Shown here: one piece after another, positions 38,903 to 54,600 of the stretch
Layout: every line of letters begins with the position of its first letter
Numbering within the stretch: the first letter of the stretch is position 1
NCBI RefSeq assembly: GCF_000150275.1
Contig: NW_002060945.1
Coordinates: forward strand, 3,309,172-3,373,171
Source of the DNA: Trichoplax adhaerens
Taxonomy: Eukaryota; Animalia; Placozoa
Direction: 5' to 3'
DNA: 64,000 nucleotides
The notes under the pieces: model-generated
Told to the model about the DNA's origin: nothing
What the model saw: only the letters and a program-made list of their open reading frames with translations
Databases searched by the model: none
Program-made: the position numbers and the translations under genes

Positions 38903-41900
38903 TCAATCTTCATCAGCTTTCTTTTTCTTCGATTTTTTTGTCTTCTTTTTCGACTGAAAACAATGCCAATAACATTGAAAATAACAAGATTTAGCTAACT
39001 GTGACAAAACTTCATTAGAATAACTCCAGAAAACGCAGTATTATTTGTGTATACAATTTCTTTGTACAAAATAGGGATAATATTTCAACCTTTGAAATAA
39101 TGTATCCTTGTCTCCTAGTTTATTCTTACCTTGGAAAGAAAAGTCATTTTACGTTTATTTAATTCCCTATTCCGTCCAAAGTTACTTTCTTCTAAACGCT
39201 GTCATTAATCAAATAGAAATGAATCCATTTATTACAACAAATTCTGTTATAAATAGTCAAGTTACTGAATATTGGAAGACAGCTATAGCACAAAGTAATT
39301 TGTAGTTTGATATAGATTATACAAAACAATAAAATCTCATACAACATCAATTTCTTTGCGCAACATCGTAACGATGTTAAGAAGTTTTAAAACATCATGT
39401 TCATCCACTTCATATTTCAATAGCTTTACGTTGGTGGTTGTTTCAATATTATGAATCCGATTAACATCATACTGTGTCATAAGGGTTACAGCCATACCCT
39501 TCTTTCCTAGTAGTTATGCAAAAAAAATAAAATGAAGGGTTAAGTGTAAGAGATAATAGGTGCAGCCCTATAACTACAAGTCGAGATAACACAAATACGA
39601 CTCTCGTGCCTATGACAAACCTGCACGTGCAGTACGGCCAACACGATGAATATAATCATCTGCAGACAATGGAACATTGTAATTCACTACCGCTTCGACG
39701 GTTGGGATATCTAAACCTCTAATAAAACACATTATTGAAAAGGTTGTAACGCAACTGAATCTTTTATATTATAAAAGTCTACATCAGCATCTCGATGGAT
39801 AATAATTATTGATACAATAACATTTATCTTGCAAACCTGCTTGCAACGTCTGTAGCAACCAAGATCTTTAATAGGCCATTTTTAAATCTAGCTAGTGAAC
39901 CTAACCTTTGACGCTATAATTGTAAATAGTAATCAAGTTATTTCTTAGTGCAAGCCGTCTTCTAGCGACCCAACGATCTTAATTTGATTATGCTGCTACA
40001 GTTGCAAATCTTAAATAAGATAACTTGTAGAGAGAAAAGATTAATGCATTTCTAAGAATAAATAAGCTATACTACGCATCTACGTTGGGCAGTTTATATA
40101 TTTATTTTAGAAAAACTTTCACAAGAATGCAGTCACATATTCCATGGAAAATTTATGGCACAAGCTATACATTAGAGTATTTAATTATATGCTTACTTGA
40201 GGCATAAGAGAATGTAAAGCAGCACAAGAAAATTCTAAGCGGGATAACATGATGGCAAGAATTTGGCAACTTCTACGATTTGAAAAATTGTCTTGTTTAA
40301 TATCACTGAAGCTACCGTATGTATGATCTGTTCTATTCACAAATTAACCAGATAGCTATCATACTAGCCTACAAGTACTAGTAAATATCATCATATTCCA
40401 ACGTGGGTTCTTTTCTAATTCTAGAGATAATTGTTTAATCAAGTAAACAAAGTAACAGTCCTTTACCTAAGAATCAAAAGTCAAAAGTAAATGAAATGAC
40501 ACCTATTAAGCTTAGATTCAGACAAATAAGCAAAGGAAAAAATATTTTAATTTCAGTTCACTACATATAATAATAGCTTCATAGGATTTCAATGCTAATT
40601 ATACTAACCACAGCAGGCATGAGCAGATAATGTTGGTCTAGCTGTTCTACAGTCGCAGATATTTTCATATCCGTATCTTCATAAATGAATGGTTTCTTTG
40701 ACGCTGCTACTTCTTGGGCTCTGGCCATAGCATTGGTCATTGTAGCACTAAATAATAACGTCTGGCGATCTTCGGGTAAGATTTCAAATATTTTACCTAA
40801 ATCAGGCCCAAAACTTGCTTCCAACAATCTATCAGCTTCGTCTAATACCTTGGAATAGATAATCGGTACAAACCTAATTAATACTTGATTAAAGTGACAA
40901 AAATTCGATTGATTTAATATCAATAATCTATCAGATGTACTTGATAGTTACATACAAGGAATTTAATCTTGGAGAAGTGTACTTTGCTATCATTATCAAT
41001 TAGGTCGGCCAGTCTTCCAGGTGTTGCTATTACTATATGAGGCTTTTTGGAGAGCGCAATGCTTTGGCTGATAATATCTAACGTGTCAACAATGAAATTA
41101 ATCCAAATTTTTAATCAGATATTGCCCATTATTTTAGCGTATGCAATACAGTGTAGCAAAGCGTTTGGTACTACCCATACGTGTAGTATAGGCTTAACTA
41201 GTATAAGAATAATTTTGTTGAAGGCTTGCAGTAAAGCTAAATCAATAAATATGAAGTGAAAAATGGTACTCGTAAAGTCGTATAGTTATTATTTGTACCT
41301 AGTCCGCCAATGACGATTGCATCTCTCATCCCAATGGGTTTGCCAAAAGCGCGAAATTGGTCAGCAAGTTGAAATGCAAGCTCCCTACAAGCAAAGTTGA
41401 TTAACAATGACGTAATACGCGTTCATATAGTCATATTTAGCACTTTTACTGTTTTACATTGTGATAAATGCATGCAATATGAAGATTATTTTATCGCATA
41501 ATTCATTGCCATTCACACAATTATTATATAAAGAAGACTACGTATCCTATACATCAAAATACGATGATGTTGTAGTTACAAATACTATTAAACGGATTAT
41601 TTTATGATCATTATACGATTTATTGTTATCCATATGACTGCAATACAAGCAGTGCTACACATCATGTTGATCGAAACAGGATGATATTGTAACTTTACTA
41701 ATTTGTAAGATATTAAAAATTATACAATTACTATAATTATGCAAAAGGAGCTAACAAGGGCTGCGATATATACTTAGAGTAAAGTTTTCATCAGACCTTG
41801 TGGGAGTTAGGATTAAGGCATAAATTCCGAACGGTTCTTTAGCTAGATTTTGCAGGATAGGTAAGGCAAACGCAGCCGTTTTTCCACTTCCAGTCTTAGC

Positions 41901-42520
41901 ACAACCGATGCAGTTTTGACCTAACAACGTAAAAAATTGTGTTGAATGACTATAATCTTTCAATAAGCCTTGCTAAGAGTTGAGTGTTGAAATTAGAGTT
42001 CTGCCTATCGTAAAGTTTATCAGTCGTGCTTTATCAGGTCTTTTCGTACTGCAATCTGATGATCTTACCACCCAATAATTGCAATCAAGATGCCTACTTA
42101 TGCAAGTGTATATCCATCTATCCATTTATTTATGTACCATTAGCTAATAGTTGACTCAATAGAATACTGTATATCATTCATTCATTGTAAAACCTAGAAA
42201 TAATCTTCTATTTACGTCTTGGAAAGTGATCAAGGCTAACTTTCACTAGTCAAATACTGCCATCAATCTTATTTATCTTATCTATTTATGCCTGGTGGCT
42301 AATGCAACAACATGTGGTGTTTTCTACAAGTGAAGGATTATCTTGATACATAGATAAAAGTATGATTCAAGGTCGAGCAATAGCCTAAAGACTTACCTTG
42401 CAATATTGGTGGTATACACTTTTCTTGTACAGCCGTCGCTTTAGCCAATCCAATAGCACGGCATTGCTTGACTAACCATGTATTTAAGCCTAAATCAGCA
42501 AATGAAGAATTTCCACTCAT
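38903..42520 (-). CDS. DDX49: DEAD-box RNA helicase DDX49/Dbp8, multi-exon
   Basis: [14 protein letters not shown]...CIPPILQG|[39 protein letters not shown]|[16 protein letters not shown]...DEADRLL...SAT...ATDVASRGLDIP...[10 protein letters not shown]; lysine-rich tail. Confidence 0.93.
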
Positions 42521-42868
42521 GACTTGGATAGCAGAAGGAAAACATGGACTTGATGTCTTGCTGGTTATTGTTACTCTCTTAATGAGAATTGGATTAATAT
42601 CAAGGTAAAGCAACTTGATCTAGTCATGGAAAATGATACAAGCAGAAGCATTAGCTCAGCTTAACTTGCAAGCGTTGCCAAGGCAGTAGGAGCTGCCGCG
42701 ATTTTCTCATTCAAAGCCTCGCATACTATAGTATGACTGAAACAAGTGTAAAAGACTATAGTAAAGCCTATATTAATGGAGTGAAAGAAGTGAATGTATA
42801 CAGTAGATGACCGTTCGATTGGACTGCCTCCAACATGTGAGACCGGTAATCCATCGTTCAAATCGACT

Positions 42869-42940
42869 TGTCACCCCTAAATCTTGTCTTTCCTAGGTTG
42901 TACTGACTACAATGAAAGAAAAAACCGATTAGGGGTGACA
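42869..42940. repeat. 72-bp inverted-repeat (hairpin/MITE-like) element in the DDX49-EIF3J divergent region
   Basis: tgtcacccctaa (42869-42880) and ttaggggtgaca (42929-42940) are perfect inverted repeats, with inner pairs tctttc/gaaaga and ttgta/tacaa. Confidence 0.75.
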
Positions 42941-44175
42941 TATCATTTTGCACACTTGCCTAGTACGGTACCGTGCAATACTACAGTCTGTAAAAAATGA
43001 TGTCACTGGCGGAACTTTCTAGTAGCGACATTAGTTTTGCAAACTATTTTCCATTCTATCAAAGACTCTTCAACCCTTCTCTTCATTCAAAAGTAATACT
43101 GTACTTACATACCAATACCCCTATTACCGCTCTTATTCCTCATTTCTCAAAAGGAAGTTTTGTTTATTTTTTAAGATAAGATCATTTTGGAGTTTGATTC
43201 TATCTTCAGCCATCATGTTCATCATGTTCAATCCATCATTCGTATACTGTACATTTGCAGTTTACAATACCATAATAGGTAACAGCACGGACTATTTGAT
43301 ACTTTATACTATCAATGTAATTCACTAGCAAAAACAATGTCACCCTCGTCTATCGGTCAAGATGATACCTTGGACTGTAGACTACAGTACCTTGATGATG
43401 ATTGATCAGTACAGCGTGGACTGTATCGTGCCGTATGGGGGCTCGATTCATTCCATACAATTCTGTCGTCTCCTAACGTAATTTGATACTGTAGCTATGG
43501 AAGCGATGAACTGAATCAGATAGACTACTCACAGTATACTTTGGGTCCAGTAGGACCACCTCGAACCGTTCCGTAACGTTACGTAACATCCTGCTAGTTC
43601 CATAGTAAGCCTGTAAGCTCTACAAGATGAATAGAAATCGAAATCAGTTCAGCCCCGCGTGACCGATTTACTTTGCCGACGGTATCTTGCCACCCCCCCC
43701 TCCCTCATTTTACCATCGCTACTTTGGAATACTTTCTGCTGCTAGGATATCGCAAGTCGACCAAATCGACGTTATTCTCATCATCCAGGTAAGATTTACC
43801 CTTCTATGTTATGTAGTATAGCTAGGAGTCATCACCAATAGAATAGAAGATGATTGATTGGATAGAGTGAAGGAAGAGTAGAATGAGTAGTAGTCATTAC
43901 CGAGGAGAGCTGTCGTCATGGAGAAAAATACAGATGCAAAGATTGTGCCATTTTAGTCATGATGACTCATTCAAATTCTTCATTATTCTATCCGTTGTCT
44001 CGATGGTAGAATACATCAATAGTGTATTTGATTAGTGTTATAGATACTGTATAACGACCTAGTTGATTCTATAAGGATCAATATTAATCCAGCAATTTAT
44101 CATTTCTTTCATAAATGATGTTAGCCACCTCAAGATTGCAAGTATTACTATAGCCATCAAACAACAAGATTGAAA

Positions 44176-46831
44176 ATGTCCAATTGGGGTAAGTTGTGGA
44201 AAGGAAGAATCAGAATTCATTTTGTAGTTAATATAATAATGGACTGCGAGTGTTTTGCTAGTGGTATCCATTGTTCATCAAATATCGTACAACTCGGTAC
44301 GGATAGTGTAGCGCAGAAGTCAATTTAAGCTACTCATAAGTAGACAGTAGAACGAGAGAGAGATGGAGTTACGATTGGAACTGTACAGTACTGTATTCTA
44401 TGTGTGATTAGGAGGAGGGGGGAGTAATCTCGCTGATAATCTCTAAACTACATCTCATATTAATCCATGGGTTAATAGAATACAAGAATAGCAAATATAT
44501 CAATCTTTGGTTGATATACTGTATTGGCTTTAAGTAATCAATTGATCATGTAGTAATAAAATGATTCAGCTTAGATAGCAGTGACATAGCTTATTCTTGA
44601 GTACAGTATAGTGCTTAATCGGCATACCAAGACATCATTCATAATTAATTAATTATTATTTATGATAGATGATGAAGATTTTGAACCACCAAAAGCTGTG
44701 ACCAAAAATGAATGGGACGACGAAGACGCTGATAATGACAATGTAAAGGTAACGTTGAGCCCTATGAGATATCAAATTTCCTATCTACCATACGCAGGAT
44801 AAATCATGCCTCATTCTAATTATACTATATCAAATAGACTTCGTATGGACAATATCCAAATGATGCATTGATGATTGATCGAATTATATATTCATGATTA
44901 CATTGTAGGACAATTGGGACGATGAAGAGGAACAAAAAGCCAAAAATGACTCCGGTATAAACTTCCATAACCACTAATTACGATTGATTTAAAACTGAAA
45001 TCTTTATTTAGGCGGTGCTAGCCATCATGCATTGGCTACGCTTTCCTTTACGATCAACTTTTCAATCTTTATTGACTGTATTAAAACTAGTTGTCTAATA
45101 TGTATCACGTTTTATGATAACTTATTCTTGCTGTTTAAATTGTTTCTGAAGCAGAGACAAAAACTACAGCGACTGCTCCACCTAAAAAGAAGAAAAGTCT
45201 AAAGGAAAGAATCGCTGAGAAGGAAAAAGAGCGAATGGAAAGGAGAAAAGCTGCGGTACATGGATACTTGCTAAATACAATCATTCTCTTTTATAGTAAT
45301 TTTTCCAACTAGTCTACACCTTGCATAACAATAATCTCAATAATATCGATACGTGACTTTCCTAGTGCGATTTTTGCCAGCCTTATTCGATAAATTATTA
45401 ATGCCCTATGTAGTGTAAAAATAATTATCGTAATACTCTTCTTAATACAATTAAATTATTCCTCATCATATGCTGTCGATTTTAGGCCTGTATTGAAATA
45501 GCACAAATCGTTCCTAAATATTCTCATTCTATCCACCCTTTTATAGCAAGAAGCCGCTAAAGAGTTAACTGAAGAGGAGAAAACGGCCAAAAAATTAGAA
45601 GATCAACAGTAAGGATAAATGTAGCGATATATTGGAAAAATAACGAAATTGACAAAAGCAAGACATTGATTAGCTTGATTTTATACAATATTGATGCTAG
45701 TGGATATTGATCTTGTCGTTCTTGAATTTTTAATCCATAACAAAATAACAAAATTAAATTTTTTGCTTGATAATCATTCATAGAGCTGTGGAAGATGCAG
45801 ACATGGAAAATATCCAAGATACATTTGGTAAGTCATATTTAAATATCCCTCAACTACTACTTCTAAAATTACCGACATAACTTTAAGAGTAATCATAATA
45901 CTATAGATGTCTCCATATAATATCTTTATTGTAGGTATCAACAAGAAGAACATTTATAATATGAATCCAAAAACAACTTCGGAATTTTCAGAATTTGCTG
46001 AAGCAATAGTAGAAAGACTAACGATACATGAGGTATTGTAAATATTTGTTGTAAAAATTATCATTGATATAAGCTATAATGAAAATCCTGTACGAGCATG
46101 CGTTCGAAATGTTGTATGGCACATGTAGACAATTATACAGTGTTAATTCTCATTGTTAAGGAGAAATAACCAAAAAAGTAGGGTAATAATTCTCAGTAAA
46201 ATACTGATTTTTACCAGAAATCGCCACATTATCCAACCGTTTTGGAATATATTTACAGAAATTGTTGCCTCGAAGGTACGGTGCAAGATTTCACAGCTAT
46301 ACTTATAATCATGCATATACTATGATTAAAGTTAGTTATTTAACTTTGTAGAATTATGTGTAGATCATTTACCTATATAAATATAAATCACTTAACTACA
46401 AGATTATTTACGGTACAACATTTTTCTATATCCCGTCATATCATATTTTCTTATATGACGTTAGATAAAATATGTTATACTTGTAGTGAGGATATGGTCC
46501 ACAATTTTTCTATAAAGTTATAACGGACGTTAATGTAATAATGACATTTTTATAGTCGATCCGGATGAAATTAAAAAATTAGCTAGTTCATTGAATGCAG
46601 TAGCATCCGAAAAATTAAAAATTCAAAAGGTAATAATTTACTATTTATTTATATTAGATTAGTATCTCCTAAGGTAGACTAGTATTTGACATCAAGCAAT
46701 TTACTAAGAAATCCATAATTTTATACTATTAGGCTAAAACTAAGAAAGGAAAAAAGAAAGGTGGTGTTTCTAAAGAGTCAAATACTCTTTACGAAGATAC
46801 AGTATATGACGAATATGATGATTTTATGTAA
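44176..46831 (+). CDS. EIF3J: Eukaryotic translation initiation factor 3 subunit J, multi-exon
   Basis: MSNWD|DEDFEPP...EWDDED...VK|DNWDDEEE...KKSLKERIAEKE...ELTEEEKTAKKL...MNPKTTSEFSEFA...DEIKKLASSL...YDEYDDFM*. A probable non-coding first exon ends at about 43788 (ccag|gtaaga). Confidence 0.95.
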
Positions 46832-48665
46832 CGAGTCTTGACCATCTATTAAAGCTATCCTACGTTATTAGTAATATATCGCTAAAATATTGGCGCAAAG
46901 ATTTTATACATAATTGAAAATGGAGAGAAGATGTCTTAAGTTGCTTAACAAGATTCGTAAATTTCAATTGGGAAAGCTGTGATGATAATTATGCAATACA
47001 GCACAATTACATTAGTCTTTCTTGGATTGGAATATCTACAACACACTTCGTTTCTTAGTTGTAACAGTGGCTAATTTCAGTAAATATTCGTATTTAGTTT
47101 TGTGTCCGTCGGCACTACTTTTATAACTCAATATTAATATAGCGATAGTTTACGGTAGCTGTGATAACGATTTATACAATAAAATATCTGTAATCCAATT
47201 TTGTAAATTTAAAATATTATAACGTAAGTATTTCAACCTATTTAACGATCAACAATATTACTTTATAAATGTTATATAACTTAGTATATTGTGCTTAACC
47301 ATATGACGACGGCGAATATTTAAAACTATTGACACTATTCGATATACTAATTGTCGTTCATATTTAAAATAAAGTGTTAAAGAATTAGTAAATACCATAC
47401 AACGTCAACAGTAAATAACTCTGGAGATAATGTTGATGTTACAACATTTTTTGTTGGGTGTGTTTTCAACGCAATAAAAATTTGTTCGAATATCGTAGTT
47501 GAAGATAGCATTGGTCCTTATCCAATCTCAGCAAAGTATCAATAGCTATGGCGATATATTGTGCAAGGTACATTCATTGATTTTAATTGCGCTGCTTAAA
47601 TTATTAACAGTGATTAATGCTCTATCGATATACCATATTTTTAAATGGGTAAATATGCCTTTACATTCATAATAATTAGCTTTGGATTGAGTGTTCTTAT
47701 AGATTTTTATTACTTTATAAAAAAGGACACAAGGCGCAGTTTATCAAAGTAGCTATAACAAGTCCAGATGTCCGTATTCTACCAAGCGCATTCGATATTA
47801 CAACTAGTTTTAACCAATGATTAGATATAGAACACGTAACATATAATTTACTTCCTGACAAAAGGTTAATGCAAGAATAAATATCTAAACTGAAAATTTA
47901 CAGTATTTAAGGTCAGAAAAGGAATAAGTGGATTTGGCAATATCATCATAGCCATCTTTAACATATGGACACTTTGCTTGCCTTAGATCTATATTATTGC
48001 TATATTAAGAATTAGAAATAATACGTGCGATTGCAAATACAGATCCTATGGTCATACAAATCCCTAATTTGAATTTTGTTTTATAATGGATGATTAAAAA
48101 TGTTATTTTTTACCTTGTATGATATACTTATCTAAAGACCCTTCCATTTTTGCCATCATTTAACAATATTTCATGCTTGCAGAAAACTCACTCTTTAGAG
48201 CAATTCTAACTACATTTTACATATTATGGCACTAATATAAAGTGACCAAACTTTGTATGATTATTATGAAAAGCATTTATTTGATATAGTTAAAGTACCT
48301 CATTTTGCTGATGTTAGTGTAAAAACAGAATCTCGAAATAATAAAATTTAATTCTTTCGTATTAAAAATTTAAATGTAAACAGAATTTTATATAATATAC
48401 AAAATATACACGCAAGGTCTATCAAAATCCTTACGCCTCATACGAAAATATAGATTTCTTTAAAGGTAGCTAAATATAAACATAGTATGATATGCAATAA
48501 AAAGCACTAGGGCCTAAGTGCTTAAAAACACGCAGGTGTCTATGATACATTCTAACGAGTTTAATCAGCCATGTCACCTTTTTCTCGCAAATTCATTGTC
48601 ATTTATACTACACTCTATGTACAAAATCATCATGTAATTGTTATTTCGTATTTATAAATCTTAAT

Positions 48666-51600
48666 TTAAGCCTTGCAAGTATCTTTAATAAAAGCACCAT
48701 TATGGCTATTTAATAATTCCTTAACAATATCTGTAAGACCTAACTCTACGGACAATTCATATCGTAACTTGATCTCTTTAACAAAGTTGATTACTAAGCG
48801 CATGTTATTGTTTAATGCTGATGATAACGGTTTATCTTTAATGAATTGCAGATATTTCTTGGACAAATCTTGATAAAATGCATTTGATATTGCAAATGCA
48901 GATCGAAAATCTTGAAAGTACTTGAAATTTCCGTTTCTAATCACTTGCTCAAGAATACTGCTACTCCAATCCAAAACATTATGCTTTTTATAAGCTTGTG
49001 CTACAACGAGAGCCTATAAAAATTATGTTACATTAGAAATAGTAGTTAGATGAATAGATTTATTTGAATTTAGTGTTATTTTAAGTATAATACAAGAAAA
49101 GTGAATTTTTAATTTATCTAGCGTATAATGTAGTAGGCTACTAACTTCAATTGCATAATATAATTCTACAACTTTAATACACAATAATTCAGCATGTAAT
49201 TATGCTAAACTTTCTATTACTACGATTAAAAAATTCCTTTAATAAAGGCAGAAAATTTATCTGCACGATAAGTTAATAACAACATCAAAATCTCGCACAA
49301 TCCAAAAATAACTATTTCTTCCACTCTAACATGTAGGTAGAATAATGGAAACTGTATCCCTCGATGGAGTGATAATATGTATGAGTATGCTACACAAACC
49401 TCAAAGAAGTTCTTATGGTTAACCATAAATTTATGAAGTTCGTATTCACTAAGGCCAATTACAGGTATTTCAAATTCCAGTAAACGAATTTGTACATCCA
49501 CTAATCTGGCATTCATTGCACACTGTTGTGCCATACGATAGCATCCCTCCTGTCGTTAGATTATTAGAAGAAAAATCAAATAATGTAAGAATATTAATAT
49601 TATAACCAAATGCTTCTAGTAAATAATGCATACAAACCTTGGAGTATTCTTTAGCTGCATCCGTAAAATACTGAAATGAACACTTTAATTCCTGTTTAGC
49701 ATTAGGCTTATTTTCTGGTGATAGAATTAATGTACAGGGATATATTAGATCGAGCGCAATCCAAATATATAGACAACAAAAAATATTTCACGAGCACCTA
49801 TTCCTTGTCGTTTTAAGGTTCTCAAAATTTTCCTAGCCATTTCTCGTAAAGTATCTCCAATTTCACGATGCATAGAAAATCGTAACGCTGCCATAGAATA
49901 CTTTTCCCGATCTTCAGGGTAATTACGTTTTAAGTACTCTAAAATCACTACTCGAAAATTTTTGGCCTGCGAAACAAATAGAGTAACTATAAATTATCTA
50001 TCCTGTGACCACATCATTTAAGCAACCTCGTATGCAAGTTACAAGTTACTGTATTACCTTATTGGATAATCGACTCATTAATATTTCAAATTGATCAGAT
50101 TGAAGAAGTATATCGATAATATAGCTCATTTCTCTGTAACGACCAATACCAATTAGAAGACGGATCTAGAATGAATTTAAGTATTTAATGTGATAAAACA
50201 AATTCATGCAGTGACACTTTAATCCAATTATATATTCTATTGTTGTTACTGTAAATACCATTCTCTTATACATCTGTAATTGTGATAATTTGTTAGTGCA
50301 TCTCTTCACGACACGCAACACTTTAGCAATGCCATCCATACTGCACGCCGAAGTGTAACAATCATGAGATCGTATCAATAGTTCAACGATAATAGAAATA
50401 TCTACAAGTTGTAGTATATTCAATTTGAATAATTAGAACTTACGAAAGTAACACTTAAAATCATAGTCAATAATGTATTTAAACCTGTCGCGCTAATTTT
50501 ATCATTTCCAATCGTTTCCTTAGCAGTATTAAGTAGATTATTTCCAATAAAACTAGGGTCTCTACAAATTTTCGCAATACTTTGAAACTCTTTAAATGAC
50601 CATTCAGGATTAAAAATATAGGAATGTCTTTCATCAACCACAAATCCTGACAATAATGAAAATACAGAAACAAGAGTGATAGTAAATTGGCATTGACATT
50701 AAAAGCTTCCATCTTAAACCAATCCATTAAATGCATTGTTAATTACCATGGTTCGCGTATGCTTTAATTGTTTCGATAATAAAATCGCTTACAAATTCAG
50801 TTGCCTAATTGATAACAAAGTAGATTAAATACTGAAATAAAGAGTATTTTGCGCTAGCTATATACAGCAGTACACACAATAACTTTACATCTAAATTTAC
50901 CTGATCATTGCTAAGATTAAAGATCCTGACGTATTCGGACGCCAAAGAAAATTTCGATACCAAAGAAGTCATCATAAGCTGCTTCAATAATTCAAGGTTA
51001 TCTTCAGTTGCAACAATCGAATATTCTTTCTTAAGCCCCTATGGTAAATCAAACGGTAGATATAGTGTCCCTTAAGTCAAATACGTATTCAATCCATCTG
51101 ATTTGTTGAACGCACAAATATCTTAACATTGAGTCATGATTTTTACCATAGCAAGCATATAGCGTATCATTATGCGCTCACAACAGTTTCTGCCAGATTC
51201 ACAATGATTAATTAGTTGTCCAATGGTCATAATAATATTTTTATCTTGCTCACTACTGATTATATCATCACTGGTTAGCATTTCTCCATTAATTAAAACA
51301 CCAGTTCTAATTGACAGCTGTTTTTGTTTTAGAATTGGCGACGAATTCAGTAGTTTCTTCATATCTTCTTCAATGCCATCAGGTGATAACTCACCACGGG
51401 CTAAGCTTAAACATGTCTGTCATACCACATTATTTAAATTTAAGAAATTTAAAGAATAAATAAAATTTTTATATATTTAATGGAATATAGAAAAGATGGT
51501 TAATTAACTCTATGCATACCCAGATGACATTCAGATCTTGACTTTCGAAATGGAATAGTCGACATAAGTAGCATGCTTCTCTAATTCTGTTTGCACTCAA

Positions 51601-54600
51601 TAAATGTCCAATAAACGATTCCAGGGCAGTCCTTTCCTAAAATTATGTAAATTTCTTTCAATAACTAACCAAGCAGTGGGCATTAAAATCACGGAAGCGG
51701 TGCTTCTATGTACTACTGCTATAAATTGCGATACATTCCAATCATTATTCCACAGTACATACGCTTTCTCTCTGCAGAAATGTTGCTGATTTGGTCTGTT
51801 TGAATACTATATATTCCTCAATAGGTCGGAAAATATCAATCCGTTCATCAGTAACACAGTTATCAAGAACTGAATTTAATGAATTTATAATCCGTTGGCT
51901 AATATCTAAAACAAATTCAGCTGACAAGCAGTCTCCATTCCTGTCCTAGATAACCATAAATAAATCATAACATAAGCAATCAACGAAGAATAATTTTTAA
52001 GATTTAAAAAGTGGGCCTTAATTCATAAGTTGTAATCAAAGATATACATGAATACGAAAATACCTTCAATTTAGCTGCTATGAGATATTTCCAAGCTTTA
52101 ACAGCTACATCACTAATGATTCTTTGTCTCTGGGCAGCACTTTTTTGTTCGTTTCCAGGTACTTCATTTGAGAATTCAAAAAGCCATTCTATAGATATCG
52201 CCATTAAAATTGCTTGCTCCTTCGGATGTAACCATGATACTTCAGGTAAACTTATGAATTTATAATCGCACTGGCCAATGGCGAAATCCTGTTGAAATAA
52301 TTTTTAGCGTATTACTGCGATAGCGTGTACAAGATACAAATACTGTATGGTACTCATTTACTGTAAAAATTACTAAAAATACCTTAAAGAACTTGCAGAT
52401 AACATTCGATGTACATCCTCGATCTTTTAGGTATAGCCGACTATTCTCCCAAAAAGTTAAACGCGTATCAACAGATAACCAAATATTTGTTTGTGATAAG
52501 TCCAGGATTTCGTATAAGATCTGGAATGAGCACATATTTGAAAAATAAAATCTTAAGACTGTATACAATCATGAAAAATGAAAGAAATAAACGATTACTT
52601 AAGTGATAAAATATTAAATATAACTTACTTCTGCAATAAAAGTGATATCTTTTGAAAAGTCTAATAATTCGGCAAGTTCTCGTGCCTTATCAAACAGCTT
52701 TAACTCAAGGAATTTGTTAATAACACGTTCTGTTTCATTTTTTGAATTAACAATATCGGCAATTCCTGGGACAAGGGCTAATATATCTATATCAACACCG
52801 GCATCCACTATTAAAGTGAAAACCTGGTACATAAATTTATAATCCTGTCCTATTAAAGAATAAAACAAACAAATTATTTTCAAAAGTCTTTTAATGTACT
52901 ATAATTTAATCGCTTTTCTCACCTTCAAATGCTTTGTTATTATTTTCAACTTCAACATCTTTTAATATTCTCAGAAGGAAATGTAGTTCGTATGATGTCT
53001 CACAAAGTTTTAGCATGGTATCAATCATCTGTGAAGCAGTATTCATCATCCAGTCGGTATCACGGATATATTTTTTGTCCATAATATTTTCTTCAGGTAA
53101 TCCTTCTTTGGTTAGACGAGATAATTCGATAAATTCAAGAAAGTAGGAAGTAGAGGCAGTTTCATCACAATCAAAGTAAAATGATTCACAAAATTTTAAG
53201 AAAGCCAAAAAGGGGCAATCAGGGTCGAATATTCGGAAGGCTTTGACGATATAAGGAAAAAATTGCTTTTTTTCCATAGCCGTTAAAAGGATAATGCATA
53301 AATGCTCAGGCTGCCAATCATTTTGTAATACGTCTAAATTAAGTAAATAAGTCAATTAATGAGCAAGATGGCAATCATCTACTACTTTACTAAGAAAATG
53401 CTCCTATAAAATCTCCAATTTTTTTGTGTCTCGCAATTGTAATATTAGATATTAAATTCAAAGGCCTTCTCTAGATTACTTCAAGTTTCATGGAATATGG
53501 TATCAATTTTAAATTGCAGCTGGTATTTTACGCAAAATAGGCTATTAATTACAGTAAAATAATCTCTGCAGGCATAAGTAGAATTAAATTAATGATTAAG
53601 TTTAGTTACCAGAGAAACAAGCACGATCAGATCCAAATAGTTGGCGGTCTATGCTCTGAAATACCCTGTTACCATAGATGGCGTATAGATACGAACAGAT
53701 ACAGTCTACTGAAACGTAGCTATCGTTATAAGATCCAGCGAGAATCGCTAGCAAAGGCCTCTGGTAAAAAATAGCATACGCAAGTAGAGAGCGGTATGGC
53801 ATCCCAGTAGACTGACAATGGAAGACAACTTCGAAGAGGTCATCTGGAGGACTAGCTACGTCGCTATCAGTGTCAAGGACGCCTATATGATATGCAGATT
53901 AAGATGATGTTATCGAATAAGGAAAATTAAACAGTGCCGTAATAGTCTATACTGTACCAGATAGTGGTTGATCGCTTCCTTCAGCCTGCTCTCGAATTAG
54001 CAACTTCTGATCATAATCAGCTGGATTATCGGTCACTTGACCAGATGTGGCCGTATACCAAGCATTGGTAGTCATTGATCCTAACTCTAAGGTATTAGTT
54101 TTTTTAACTCCAATCTTAAAGTAAAAAGGCTGTCTTGGATCGCGGGTATACACTAATTTCCTTTTCCTATCGTGAGCCAAATTACGCTTTTTATGTCTAA
54201 GATGTCTTCCTTTACCTGCTGAATCTTTCCTCTTCAATTCAACAGTTCTTATATTATTTATTGCAAGTAATAGATGCTCTTTTATATTAGAATCGGAAAA
54301 ATACTGCTTAATAATTTTAATCACTTGTAAACTAGGATATTGGCATTGTTGAACAAAGCAAAAGAAAGGTAGCCATTCGTTACAGATGGCACAATCTATT
54401 AGAAATAATGTCGATAACGGAATTTCATGTGCACGACAGAAAGCGACAGCAAGACGCCATTGTTTCATGGCAGCATAAGAAGTACTTTTTTGACCTTCTT
54501 TCTTAATTTTATAACTTATCGCGTTCTCAAGTTCACTTAATACTGAAATTGCTCGGACTTTTCCATTAAATCCAAAGCACGCAAGGAATTGATCAGTAAT

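Noticed and set aside
42800-42870. tRNA-like gttcga/gttcaaatc words
   Set aside because: No cloverleaf or acceptor stem can be formed.
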